From a virus (Duplodnaviria > Caudoviricetes), in the IMG/VR virus record IMGVR_UViG_3300005837_000307, positions 1 through 47,908 of that record: a stretch of DNA of 47,908 nt; one strand, given 5' to 3'. Shown here piece after piece: positions 25,486 to 35,415 of the stretch. The translations under genes were made by a program, and so were the position numbers. Position 1 is the first letter of the stretch. Every line of letters begins with the position of its first letter. The notes under the pieces are model-generated. The model saw only the letters and a list, made by a program, of their open reading frames with translations. It ran no database searches and was not told the origin of the DNA.

Positions 25486-26238
25486 ATGAAAACACAATAC
25501 GAATATCGTGTTCAGTATGAACAGCAATATGTTCAAGAAGAACAGATACCAGCACTCAATACACCTGAAGATTGTCACCATTATGCCATGCATATTAAGG
25601 GCAATACGAAGTTTGACAATGGTCGTACTTACGTGTTTAAAGACGAGTTTGGAAAGCATATATCTACATTCGTAAGTCAGTACTCGGATATTATGGAAAA
25701 GAACCTTGAGCCAGGCGTTAAAGAAGGTGTACTTGCTCTGCAGAAAAAAGGTTATCTAACGTTCACCAGTTGTCAAGGTCATAACGATTCTAAGCATCGA
25801 TATATTGGTGTAGTATTCAATACAAAAGAACAAAAAGGCCAATTCATGCGTGAGATGAGGGATCTCAGGTGTGATATTCACTGGTACGATAATGTTATAA
25901 ACACTGTTGAAAGACCTTGTAAGAACGTACCGTGGTGGTCCGAGGGTGGCATTACTTTGCATATTGTATATGACGACCACGACTACGACAATGTTTCTCA
26001 GATGGAAAGAAGAGAAAAGCCATACACAGATGAAGAGCTAACTAAATTTTGGAATATTCAAATGTGGCGCAACTACAAACATTACGAATGTATTGTATTC
26101 TCGTTTGGATATCCTATGCTTGAAAAAACCCTGTGGGAAAGAATAAAGAAATATCTATTTTACAATCACTCTAAAGTCACGAGTGCATATCAAGATTTCT
26201 GTAAAAAAGTCGATCGACTGTCAGAATACCTAGCGTAA
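25486..26238 (+). CDS. Hypothetical protein (T.SC.GH motif)
   Basis: 250-aa ORF with GGAG SD; LEPGVK..V.AL..KGY.TFTSCQGH. Confidence 0.75.
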   Translation: MKTQYEYRVQYEQQYVQEEQIPALNTPEDCHHYAMHIKGNTKFDNGRTYVFKDEFGKHISTFVSQYSDIMEKNLEPGVKEGVLALQKKGYLTFTSCQGHNDSKHRYIGVVFNTKEQKGQFMREMRDLRCDIHWYDNVINTVERPCKNVPWWSEGGITLHIVYDDHDYDNVSQMERREKPYTDEELTKFWNIQMWRNYKHYECIVFSFGYPMLEKTLWERIKKYLFYNHSKVTSAYQDFCKKVDRLSEYLA

Positions 26239-26252
26239 CAAATCACACACAT

Positions 26253-26280
26253 AAAAAAAGAGAGCTAGTAAATAGCTCTC
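26253..26280 (-). terminator. Terminator of the late capsid operon at the convergence point
   Basis: On the - strand GAGAGCTA-tttac-TAGCTCTC-TTTTTTT; a second GC hairpin at about 26296-26330. Confidence 0.85.
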
Positions 26281-26345
26281 TAATCTTATTATTGTAATAA
26301 TGGGGGCGGTTGATCCCGCCCTTCTTATTATTATATCGTTTAAAC

Positions 26346-27653
26346 CTAGAAAAGGTTAGCGATACCAACTCTACGGTAGTATACGTTGCTGTCGACATCC
26401 AATGCACCAGAACCTTGAGCGGCTCCTTTAGCATATGGGTTAGATACCATACCATAACGAGTTTTGAACCCGATTTTTGGCTGGAAGCTATTCTCGCCAA
26501 CTGCTCTGACCATTTGCAATGGAACGTATGGGCAATAGAAGATACCTGCATCGAATGCAGAAGCACCTTTATAACCAACAACCAAGTAGTTGTTACCAGC
26601 ATATGGATCGATATATACTTTGTAGCGACCGTTAAGTACACCAGCAAAAGTATTACCAGTATCATCTACTGAAAGAGCGTTGCTGTTAAGAGCAGGAGTG
26701 TAATCAAGTACACCGGCCATTTGCAATGCAGAAGCTACGTCTGAAGAACAAATTACGATGTTACCTTTACCACGTCTGGTTCCTTTTGCAATAGCGTTAG
26801 CTTCTTGCTCGATTTGGAACATAAGACCTTTGAACTTCTCTACTGACCAACGACCGTTTGCATCAACGTCTAAGTCGAATGTACCAGGAGCAGCAGTAGC
26901 AGCAGCACCGGCAACAGCGTTTGTGTAGATTGTACGAACTAGCTCACGGTTAATTTCAACCAAGATTTCTGATTGAAGAATGTTTGCCAATTCAGTTTCA
27001 GCATCCAAGCCGTGAACAGCTTTAAGATCCTGAGCAAGTTCAGTGGTGTATTCTGCTTTCAAAGCTCTTGACTTAGCAGCTACGGTAACTTTCTCGATTG
27101 AGAATGCCATTTCACCGAAGTTAGTACCACCGCCGTCGCCTAGGGCTTCAGCATCGCCAGTATCCATACCAGTACCACTAGTAGCAGCGGCATTTGGTAG
27201 AGTATTAGCATGAGTACCAGTACCAGAGAAAGAAGTATTAGCTTCTCCGTAGAATGCTTCATCGCCACCTTGGTTGGTGTAAGTTGAACGCATTGCAAAG
27301 ATCAAGCCTGTTGGGCCTGTCATTGGTTGTACACCAGCGATGTCGTATGCCATTAGGTTAGGCATTGCACGACGTACTAGCGAGATTAATACTGGATCGT
27401 AACCAGCTGTAGGACCGGTAGCAGTAGAAGCTGAGCCGAAGCCGCCTGTTCCTGCATCGTTAGCCGGTGCCTCGTTAAGAAGACCAGTCATAGAAGCAGA
27501 GATATCACCTGATTCTACGAGAGCCTTTTCTGTGTTTTCAAGAATTGTCGCAGTGACAGATTTCTTGTGTTGATCTGCAATTGGTGAAAAAGATTCGTGC
27601 TCCAAAATGGGGCCCCACTTCTCCACAAGAGCTTGATAGTTTGACTGTGCCAT
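26346..27653 (-). CDS. gp23: Major capsid protein gp23
   Basis: KW.PILE, DPVLISLVRRAMPNL.AYDI.GVQPM.GPTGLIFAMR, KSRALKAEYT.ELAQDLKAVHGLDAE.EL, YCPYVPL, FQPKIGFKTRYG. Confidence 0.98.
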   Translation of the reverse strand: MAQSNYQALVEKWGPILEHESFSPIADQHKKSVTATILENTEKALVESGDISASMTGLLNEAPANDAGTGGFGSASTATGPTAGYDPVLISLVRRAMPNLMAYDIAGVQPMTGPTGLIFAMRSTYTNQGGDEAFYGEANTSFSGTGTHANTLPNAAATSGTGMDTGDAEALGDGGGTNFGEMAFSIEKVTVAAKSRALKAEYTTELAQDLKAVHGLDAETELANILQSEILVEINRELVRTIYTNAVAGAAATAAPGTFDLDVDANGRWSVEKFKGLMFQIEQEANAIAKGTRRGKGNIVICSSDVASALQMAGVLDYTPALNSNALSVDDTGNTFAGVLNGRYKVYIDPYAGNNYLVVGYKGASAFDAGIFYCPYVPLQMVRAVGENSFQPKIGFKTRYGMVSNPYAKGAAQGSGALDVDSNVYYRRVGIANLF

Positions 27654-27693
27654 AATTGTCTATCTCCTTGTTTAAATAAGTTCTATCTGGATC

Positions 27694-27701
27694 TATTTAT
27701 A
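27694..27701 (-). promoter_or_regulatory. T4 late promoter upstream of gp23
   Basis: TATAAATA on the - strand. Confidence 0.85.
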
Positions 27702-27717
27702 ATATTATTGTTTTGGG

Positions 27718-28701
27718 TTATTTATTTCTTGCGTTTAGAGACTCAACGAGAGCATTAATTGAAGAATGTTCAGAGACTGGTCTCTTGATTTCAGCTTCTT
27801 CAGTAATGATTTCTTGCTCTTCCTCAGCTTCCTCAACTACAGTAGCTTTCTTCGAGAAGAAAGATTCCTTAAGTGTTGAAAGGTCGGTTTTGTATTCCGC
27901 AATATCTTGTACGTCGAGTTTCTCAGAAAGAACTTTAAGTCTTTCACGCTGGGTGATAGTCAAGTCTTCGGTTATTTCGTCAAATACTCTATCTGCATTA
28001 AGTGATGCAATCTGCTTTTTCAACTCAACGTTTTCGCTGATTTGTGCATTAGCAGTGGTCTTTAGTTCTTCAACTTCTTCTTCCAAGCCAGCAACTACGT
28101 CGATAGTCTCGTCATCAACGTCGATGTTGTGCTCTTCAAACAAGCTTTTAAGACCAGTCATTAATGACTCTGCCATCTCTACCTTAACGCCGGTTTCAAT
28201 AGCAAGCTCGTTTTCTTTCATCCACTCTTCTACTACGTAGTCGAGATAGGAATCAAGATTTTCAACGATTTTTTCAACTGCAGTATCTACTGATTCTTTC
28301 ATCTCTACTTCTAGAGCTTCAGTTTTCTCTGCAATAACAACTTCAGCTTTTGCAGTAGCTGCTTCATTAACAGCGGCTTCAAAGACTAATGTTACTTTTG
28401 ATTTGAATTCTTCTGAGAGGTCCACGCCTTCGAACATAGCTTGGATTGATTGCTCAATTTCAACTACTTCTTCAACAACCGCTTCAGCTTCATCTGATTC
28501 CTCAGTTTCTTCTGCAACAGCGCCTTGGCCTGGAGTGACTTTGTCAACTTTGTCAGCTTTTGGATCTACTGATTTTTTGACATCTGCCTTTTTCTTCTTG
28601 ATTTCGCCGCCCTCTGGGGTTGCCGCATCTGCAACTTCAGCTGCAGGTACACCATCGCCACCAGATTTTTCGACGAACTTTTCGTCTAACTCATTTGACA
28701 T
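27718..28701 (-). CDS. gp22: Prohead core scaffold protein gp22
   Basis: Acidic coiled-coil; LSEEFK.K...VFEAAV, D.YLDYVVEEW..ENE.AIE.G.K.E.AES...GLK.LF.EH; synteny. Confidence 0.93.
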   Translation of the reverse strand: MSNELDEKFVEKSGGDGVPAAEVADAATPEGGEIKKKKADVKKSVDPKADKVDKVTPGQGAVAEETEESDEAEAVVEEVVEIEQSIQAMFEGVDLSEEFKSKVTLVFEAAVNEAATAKAEVVIAEKTEALEVEMKESVDTAVEKIVENLDSYLDYVVEEWMKENELAIETGVKVEMAESLMTGLKSLFEEHNIDVDDETIDVVAGLEEEVEELKTTANAQISENVELKKQIASLNADRVFDEITEDLTITQRERLKVLSEKLDVQDIAEYKTDLSTLKESFFSKKATVVEEAEEEQEIITEEAEIKRPVSEHSSINALVESLNARNK

Positions 28702-28759
28702 ATGTTCTACTCCTTTTAACTTAATTGGTTATTCTATATGTTTACTATTTATTAAAAAG

Positions 28760-29452
28760 TTATTTTCTAAGACCAGACACAAATCGCTCGAATAACGCAG
28801 CGGCTGTGCTTTCATCTACTCGATGAACTACTCTTCTAACTTCTTTCTCTACTGTTTGCTGGATTTCTTCGATTACTTCTTCAACTGAAGTTTCCTGGGG
28901 AAGCCAGTTGCCGGAAGCAATATCGTAAAAATACTCTGCATTCTCCATAATGCCATTTACGAAACAATTTGGACCAGATGGATCTGTTACAATATCAACA
29001 GTAGCTAAATGGAAATCGTTTTGTACTTCCATGATTCCGTTTTTATCTTGCTTTACGGAACCAAGTCCTCGTGTAGATACACCAATAAGAACACCTTCGT
29101 CCATAAATGTCTTGACGATGTTACCCATTGGAGTGCCTAAAACCTTTGCCTTACCGGTAAAATTAGAACCATCTTTTTTCATTTCAGTGATAAGGTGTGA
29201 AACTCTATCGCCGTTAATGCTTGGTCCTTCAGGGTGTCCTAATTCACCTAGTGCTCTTTTTGTATCAATGAAATCTTTATTATATCGATTCATTTCTTTT
29301 TCTAGAATCGCAGAAGGATAAATGCGTCCGTTACGATTCTTAATATCTCCTTGCATGAAGATACCCTCAATGAAGTAGGACTTTTCACCGCTCTCTTCAT
29401 TAAGTTCAGTAACTACGTTACATTCTTCTACAACTTCTGTAATAAGTTTCAT
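28760..29452 (-). CDS. gp21: Prohead protease gp21
   Basis: IEGIFMQ....NRNGR.YP, ALGELGHP, VSH.I, GVS.RGLGS, D.V.DPS. Confidence 0.97.
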   Translation of the reverse strand: MKLITEVVEECNVVTELNEESGEKSYFIEGIFMQGDIKNRNGRIYPSAILEKEMNRYNKDFIDTKRALGELGHPEGPSINGDRVSHLITEMKKDGSNFTGKAKVLGTPMGNIVKTFMDEGVLIGVSTRGLGSVKQDKNGIMEVQNDFHLATVDIVTDPSGPNCFVNGIMENAEYFYDIASGNWLPQETSVEEVIEEIQQTVEKEVRRVVHRVDESTAAALFERFVSGLRK

Positions 29453-29483
29453 TTTGTGCCTCTATCTTTATATTATTCAGTTA

Positions 29484-29491
29484 TATTTATA
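29484..29491 (-). promoter_or_regulatory. T4 late promoter upstream of gp21
   Basis: TATAAATA on the - strand. Confidence 0.8.
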
Positions 29492-29498
29492 ATTCTTT

Positions 29499-29780
29499 TT
29501 ATACTCTTGCATCATAATAGTTCTTACTGAGCTCACCACGAGGAGTCTGTTTAGGATCGAGCTTTTTCCTTACTCTGACGTACGTTTCTTGTACGCTCCC
29601 TCCTGGTGGTGTAAATGACCTTATACCATTTGCTACTGTTCCATTCGCCCTATAATACTGATCATCAGGGTGAACCTTTGCACCTGCAGCCAATGTACCT
29701 AAAGTCGGTGCATTATCATATTCCCAAATATGGGAATTAGCTACGGCGTCAAAAGATCCAGGAACGTCTACCCAGGCCAT
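29499..29780 (-). CDS. Hypothetical head-module protein
   Basis: 93-aa ORF in the gp67/68 position. Confidence 0.7.
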   Translation of the reverse strand: MAWVDVPGSFDAVANSHIWEYDNAPTLGTLAAGAKVHPDDQYYRANGTVANGIRSFTPPGGSVQETYVRVRKKLDPKQTPRGELSKNYYDARV

Positions 29781-29782
29781 TT

Positions 29783-31255
29783 TTACAACGCTTCTCTAGC
29801 AAACCCAAGAATTTCTTTAAAACCAGCTTCGTCTTTAGTAGCTACTGCACCAAGTTTTCTACGATTTGCTGGTGAAAGATCTTTAAACATTTGAGTCAAC
29901 AACTCAGAATCTTGCTTCTTAATAACTACAGATTTGCCATTCTTTAATCTGAACATACCAACTTTAAACTTGATATTTTCTTCTAACTCTTGCTTAATAG
30001 ATTCGTTGGTTTTGATTTTATCTTGTCCGTGATCGTCAGTATTTTTAATTTTAGTAGTTTTCATAACTGTACGAGTCTTACCATCAACACCGGTTACTGT
30101 TACTGGCTTTTTAGTAGCAGACATTGTTGTTTCGTGCAATTCTGGATGTAGCTCTTTAGCATCATCGTGAGAATCATAATGCTTGGCTAAGTACTTCTTA
30201 AGATCTTTTTTCTTGCCTGTAGCATCGTGAGAATAATCAGTTTTGCCTGTTTTCTTTAAAGTAATATTATGCTTCTTAGCATTTGCATCATTACCACCCA
30301 TGTGGTCGATATCAACAGTATGAGTTTTATTCTCATCTTCTTCGAGTTGAGAAAGTGATTCATTTACTCTTTTAAGAACGGCTTTAACTTGTGGGTGATC
30401 TGAAACGCCGGGCTTCATTTTATCCATTGCCTTTACGGCGCCGGACATGTTACCACCTTTGTATCTCTTATCAGTTGCGATACCAATTGCTTTTTTAACG
30501 CTTAGCTTGTCAACACCTTCATGTACTTCAGGGTGTAGCTCTTTAGCATCATCATGAGAATCGTAATGCTTTGCTAGATACTTTTTAAGATCTTTTTTCT
30601 TACCAGTAGCATTATGCTCATAATCACCGGTTTTCTTTAAAGTAATATTGTGCTTCTTTGCATTAGCATCTTTACTGCCGTCGTGATCAATAGATACGGT
30701 ATGAGTTTTATTCTCATCTTCATCTAACGCAACTTCTTCATTCTTTTTTTTCTTGCGAGCTCTGAGAGCGGCAAGGTCTTTAGCATCGATGTCGCCATCT
30801 GAATCAGTATCAAGTTCTTTTTGTCCGCCTGATAACGCTTCAGTTTGAAGGTTAGCATGCAAAGTTTTAACTGCTTCATAAGCTGCAGTTAATTTGTTTT
30901 GATACCATTCTTTTGGATCACCGTTACCAAGAGAATCTTTAATTTCTGAAACAGCCTGACTAATAAAGTCAAGTTGCTTTTCCATCATTGGAATTTCTTC
31001 AGCGGGATTTTCTTGAAGATTAGCTTCTTCTTCAAAAATACCTTTTGCATAAGCTTTGTCGTAGTTGGCATCACCCTTTTGATCAGCTGGTCGCTGAGCT
31101 TGAGGCTTTTGAATATCACCCGTGAATTGAGTATCCAACGCAACTGGGTGTGGTCTTACTTCGTAAGTGTGCTGGTCCTTAAAGGCCTGCTCTTCATGAG
31201 CTCCTTTATCTTTAGGCTGAGCCACTTCCGAAATTACTTGTTTAAAGGACTTCAT
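29783..31255 (-). CDS. Prohead core / internal-protein-like polyprotein with internal duplication
   Basis: Lies between gp20 and gp21; CTS-like N-terminus MKSFKQVISE; many (L/I/V)xE sites; 68/70-aa duplicated module; EF-hand-like loop. Confidence 0.75.
   Translation of the reverse strand: MKSFKQVISEVAQPKDKGAHEEQAFKDQHTYEVRPHPVALDTQFTGDIQKPQAQRPADQKGDANYDKAYAKGIFEEEANLQENPAEEIPMMEKQLDFISQAVSEIKDSLGNGDPKEWYQNKLTAAYEAVKTLHANLQTEALSGGQKELDTDSDGDIDAKDLAALRARKKKKNEEVALDEDENKTHTVSIDHDGSKDANAKKHNITLKKTGDYEHNATGKKKDLKKYLAKHYDSHDDAKELHPEVHEGVDKLSVKKAIGIATDKRYKGGNMSGAVKAMDKMKPGVSDHPQVKAVLKRVNESLSQLEEDENKTHTVDIDHMGGNDANAKKHNITLKKTGKTDYSHDATGKKKDLKKYLAKHYDSHDDAKELHPELHETTMSATKKPVTVTGVDGKTRTVMKTTKIKNTDDHGQDKIKTNESIKQELEENIKFKVGMFRLKNGKSVVIKKQDSELLTQMFKDLSPANRRKLGAVATKDEAGFKEILGFAREAL
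30131..30721 (-). repeat. Direct repeat pair (about 204 and 210 nt) within the prohead core gene
   Basis: Copies at about 30518-30721 and 30131-30340 both encode EDENKTHTV.IDH.G..DANAKKHNITLKKTG...ATGKKKDLKKYLAKHYDSHDDAKELHPE.HE. Confidence 0.92.
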
Positions 31256-31293
31256 TTGAAATCTCCTAGATTTATACTTTGATTTTATTATAT

Positions 31294-32868
31294 TTATCCA
31301 TTAACGACTTTTGAATCCGAGGAAGAAGAGTTACTTTGGAACTGATCTTCGACTTCACCTTCTTCATCATCCGCACTTCCTTCTGATGCTGCTTCAGCCG
31401 CAATTTGCTTCTCCATATCTTTAATATCATCGTCAGTCATACGGAGAACATTTTTACGAACCCATTCTCTAGAATAGTATGTGCCGATATGCTCATCAAC
31501 TTCTCTTAGAGTTGTTAATCTTTCACGAGCAATTTCAGCTTCTTTTAATTCAGTGAAGTAGTTTTCTGCAACAAAGTCATATCTTAATGCTGGTTTTAAT
31601 TCTGCAAATTCTTCTGGTGTCATAATACCTTTAAGAATAAGTTGCTTTTCTAAGATTTGAGTAAACAAACTTGAGAAGCGGTTTCTTAAACGCTGAATAA
31701 ATTTGCTAAACTTAAGTTCATCACGAGTAATTTCAGAAACACGACCAAAAGAGTACATTGTTTCTGGTTCCAAACGTGATAGTGGAACCTTAAGCGATTT
31801 ATATAACTTACGTTGGAAATACTGTAGGTTTTCATCATTAGTTAAACCTTGAGCATTACCACCAGCTAATGTATCTACTTCAGTAGTTCTCTCACCACCA
31901 CGGCGAGGGAACCAAAAATCTTCTGTCATAGTCATCATCTTACGAGCATCTGTAATTTCACCAGTAGATGAATTATACTGAAGCTTGTTCTTATGACGAA
32001 CCATCATATCTCTTAAATATTGCTCGGCCTTAGACTTAGGTAAGTTACCGACATCAATATAAAAAATTCTTCTTTCAGGAGCTCTTGTTAAAGTATAGAT
32101 GATTGTCGCATCTTCGAGCATCCTTAATTGGTTAATTGGCTTAATTGCTGCATGCAAATGTGATAAAACAAGAGCATTATTTTCACTCATTTGACCTGAT
32201 GTAATACGGGCAATAGAGTCTTTTGCAATCTTATAACCTTGAGAACCGGATGTACCAGTTCCTTTTTCACTACCAAAACCATTTTCTGAATACATATAGT
32301 ACTCAGATTTAATCTTTTTAACCGGCACTCCAGAATGTTTATCCATATTTTTCTTATCCATTTCGCGGATAAGCTTTAATTTACGTGGATCAACATACCT
32401 TAATTCTTTAATGCCGTCGTTTAAATTTTCTTCGTCAATAATACAGTGATAGTTTACTCTACCATCAACGTAAAATTTAGAAAATGTATCGTAACCTGTA
32501 TTAGAAAAATCTAATAGACTGAGGACTTCTTGGAAAGTTTCGGAAACTCTCTCCTTAACTTTATCTGGAAGATCCGAATCGTCCATAACGATATCTACAA
32601 TTTTATCTTCTAAATCTACTGAAATTGCTTCATTAACGATTTCGTCCACCGCTTGAGTAATTTCAGGATTCATCGCCAAACCGCGATACTTAGTTACGAG
32701 CTCTGATTCGGTTTTAGCAGTACCTTCTAAATCTAGAATAGTACTATAGAATCCGCCTACCGCATTTCCAACGGTAATAGCACCGTCATCGTTTTGTGGT
32801 TCGGCGAAAGAGACCGGAGCTACGATCTCTTCGCTTTCTCTGTTTATTTCAAACCCAAATAATTTCAC
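31294..32868 (-). CDS. gp20: Portal vertex protein gp20
   Basis: MKLFGF, YVDGR, ELRY.DPRK, NQLRMLEDA..IY...RAPERRIFYIDVGNLPK.KAEQYL, EDFW.PRRGG. Confidence 0.97.
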   Translation of the reverse strand: MKLFGFEINRESEEIVAPVSFAEPQNDDGAITVGNAVGGFYSTILDLEGTAKTESELVTKYRGLAMNPEITQAVDEIVNEAISVDLEDKIVDIVMDDSDLPDKVKERVSETFQEVLSLLDFSNTGYDTFSKFYVDGRVNYHCIIDEENLNDGIKELRYVDPRKLKLIREMDKKNMDKHSGVPVKKIKSEYYMYSENGFGSEKGTGTSGSQGYKIAKDSIARITSGQMSENNALVLSHLHAAIKPINQLRMLEDATIIYTLTRAPERRIFYIDVGNLPKSKAEQYLRDMMVRHKNKLQYNSSTGEITDARKMMTMTEDFWFPRRGGERTTEVDTLAGGNAQGLTNDENLQYFQRKLYKSLKVPLSRLEPETMYSFGRVSEITRDELKFSKFIQRLRNRFSSLFTQILEKQLILKGIMTPEEFAELKPALRYDFVAENYFTELKEAEIARERLTTLREVDEHIGTYYSREWVRKNVLRMTDDDIKDMEKQIAAEAASEGSADDEEGEVEDQFQSNSSSSDSKVVNG

Positions 32869-32895
32869 TGTTCAATCCTCACATTATATAATAAA

Positions 32896-33429
32896 TTATG
32901 TAGTTGGTACGCCAGTATTACCTTCAACTCTCCATAAGTCGTACTGGAAGGTAACGCTGAACTCTTCAATAGTGTCAGTAGCGGACCAATCCATTTGTAT
33001 TCCATCAATTGCAATCGGGAACATGCCCTCAAAAATATAAGTACGTAATGCTGAACCGTCTTTACTAAACTGAGTAATCTGTCCAGTAGATTTGTACTGT
33101 TGAGGCAAGCCTCTTGAATTTGAATCGTGAGAGTTGATGAAGTTCATCCACTCTTCCATTGCGTTTCTGACTGCAAAGTCTTCATCGTTGATTACGGTAA
33201 CTGTCCAGTCCGCGAATATCCTATCACCTGCATATTTAACCTGTCGTCCAAAGTAGGGAACTGCATATTGCCCTACTGAAGACTCGGGGATTCCAGCTGC
33301 CCGTACCATGAATGGTACTTTAATGTCGGCAGTCTGATTAATCGGGTTAGTGATTTGACATTGGAAGAGCGTAGGACGTGCACCGCCACCAACAAGTTCT
33401 GATTTGAACTGATTAATGTTAAATGCCAT
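32896..33429 (-). CDS. gp19: Tail tube protein gp19
   Basis: GGGARP.LF, VPYFGR..K.AGDR.F.DWTVTVINDEDF..R...E.W, IEEF.VTF.YD.W. Confidence 0.95.
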   Translation of the reverse strand: MAFNINQFKSELVGGGARPTLFQCQITNPINQTADIKVPFMVRAAGIPESSVGQYAVPYFGRQVKYAGDRIFADWTVTVINDEDFAVRNAMEEWMNFINSHDSNSRGLPQQYKSTGQITQFSKDGSALRTYIFEGMFPIAIDGIQMDWSATDTIEEFSVTFQYDLWRVEGNTGVPTT

Positions 33430-33456
33430 GTTGCTTTCTCCTTTTAAGTATATTTA

Positions 33457-35415
33457 TTACGCGATCTGACCAACAATTTCGTCAAACTCTACGCCGGTTC
33501 TAGTTGCTACGAATGTTAATTCAATAACGTTGATAGAACGTGCTGGTTTAATGAATATGCTTGCACGGAATTTGTTTGCATCTACAACTTCTGGAGTATT
33601 AACCGTTGAGTCAGAAACAACTCTGAAGTCAATAATTCCACGACGTCCTTGGATATCCCGAAGGAATGGTTCAACGATGTTCTTGAATTGAGTTTGTGAG
33701 AAGTCATCATTAAACTCAAACAAGAAGCTTTCAGCTGCAGTAGCGATACTTTTCTCAACAGCGATGAACAATCTACGAACATTCAATCTGTCGAAAGCAC
33801 TATCAATGCCAAGACCTGTTTTATCACCAAATAGTACAATTCCACGACCTGCTTGAGACATAACTGGATTTACATCCGCGCTATATAAAACGTCTCTTTG
33901 TGGTTTACTTGGGTTAAACGCCAATTTAACGATATTCTTAATGATACCCTTTCTGTAACCGGCTGGTGATTCCCAAGGATCTACCCTTGCTGAAAGACCT
34001 GCCATGTCACCGTTTAATGGAGTCCAACGATACTTGTCGTTGTACTTATCATAACGGTATTTATAACCACTATCAATGAATGCGTAAGAAGAGTTTTGGA
34101 TCTTGTTACGATATGCAATAGCATTTTCCATTTTAGAATTAGTTTTTAATTCGTCAACTACTGCTTCTTTTGAAGGTGATATAAAGGCAACACAATCTCT
34201 ACGATAATCTGCAACATTAGAGATAATATAGTTAGCTCTAACACCTAGATCATCACCTTTACCCTGAAGGATGAAGGAAATATCGATTTCGTTTGTATTT
34301 TTGAATGTATCCCAGGCAAATGCTAGTGAACTTAATGTTGCTGTAGTTTCAGTAGAAGCATCAGTACCGCCTGCCATACGCTCGTATTGGTTAAGCTTTT
34401 CTGTACCAACACTTTCTTCGTTAGTAATTGCTGCAGTAACTACCGCAGTATTTGCAACTTGAATCCAAGATGAACTGTTATCAATTACTGTATGATAATA
34501 GCTTGCTGCTCCCTGTGGATTTACTGCACCTTCAGTAGTAGAAAGATTCTCAAAGATTTCTAGTACTTCATTTGGTGTTCCAGTAATACCACCATCTTTG
34601 TCGATAACTGCTACGTGGATTCCACCAGCTGCTGGAGCCTTTCCAAACATTGCGTTGTATTGCCACTTTTTAACGATTGAAAGTTTGCTCAAATCTGTTT
34701 CAGCTAGAGTATATCTTGTGCTGAATGTAAGTTCAGTTGTTGTACCAATAGTAGCTGTTACTGCAGTATTACCTGAACCAAACTCTTGCTCGATATCAGT
34801 AGAAGTTACAGTTGTAACTGTTAATTCTTGGAAACCAACACTTGAATTACCAAGTACAAGAACATCACCAACATAAACTGATGGAGCTGAAACTGTATTT
34901 GCTGTTTCAAAGCTTAGCTCTGAAGCATTAAAGTCAACTGTTTGTGATACTTCACTGTTTGAAACAGCGTTGGCATCGATGTCGCCTACTGCCGCAATAG
35001 TATCAGTGAAGGAACTCGCTGTTGCCCAAGATACCTCAATAGAGTTACCTAAAGCACCTGGATATTTTGCATCAAAGGCAGCATATACACTGTCTTCTGC
35101 AATTACGTTATTATTTGCATCAAGAACTTCTGAAGTTCCTGAAGCTGTTGCTGATCCATCATCTGCTCGTGCCACGTAAAGGGCATTTGAATATGAGAGG
35201 TAGTCTGTTGCTGTGAAAAATGTCTCGTAGTTGTCGTCGGTTGGTGTTCCAAAACGATCTACTAATTGATTTTCGGAAGTAATTAAAATAGGATCGTTAG
35301 TTGGACCCCACTTGAATATGCCAGCTATTGCCGCTGGAGCTGTTGCAACGCCTGGTACTGCCTGACTCGCATCCACTTCACGAACAATGACGGAAGGACT
35401 TACGGAAAAAGCCAT
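33457..35415 (-). CDS. gp18: Tail sheath protein gp18
   Basis: SP.V.VRE.D, F.WGP, YLSY.N.L.V.R, R.DC.AF.SP, DSG.KY.YD.YND..RW.P.NGD.AG, FDR.NVRRLF, FEFND. Confidence 0.96.
   Translation of the reverse strand: MAFSVSPSVIVREVDASQAVPGVATAPAAIAGIFKWGPTNDPILITSENQLVDRFGTPTDDNYETFFTATDYLSYSNALYVARADDGSATASGTSEVLDANNNVIAEDSVYAAFDAKYPGALGNSIEVSWATASSFTDTIAAVGDIDANAVSNSEVSQTVDFNASELSFETANTVSAPSVYVGDVLVLGNSSVGFQELTVTTVTSTDIEQEFGSGNTAVTATIGTTTELTFSTRYTLAETDLSKLSIVKKWQYNAMFGKAPAAGGIHVAVIDKDGGITGTPNEVLEIFENLSTTEGAVNPQGAASYYHTVIDNSSSWIQVANTAVVTAAITNEESVGTEKLNQYERMAGGTDASTETTATLSSLAFAWDTFKNTNEIDISFILQGKGDDLGVRANYIISNVADYRRDCVAFISPSKEAVVDELKTNSKMENAIAYRNKIQNSSYAFIDSGYKYRYDKYNDKYRWTPLNGDMAGLSARVDPWESPAGYRKGIIKNIVKLAFNPSKPQRDVLYSADVNPVMSQAGRGIVLFGDKTGLGIDSAFDRLNVRRLFIAVEKSIATAAESFLFEFNDDFSQTQFKNIVEPFLRDIQGRRGIIDFRVVSDSTVNTPEVVDANKFRASIFIKPARSINVIELTFVATRTGVEFDEIVGQIA

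Noticed and set aside
26243-29321. Alternative-frame and antisense ORFs overlapping gp23, gp22 and gp21
   Set aside because: They overlap highly conserved structural genes and are explained by codon bias
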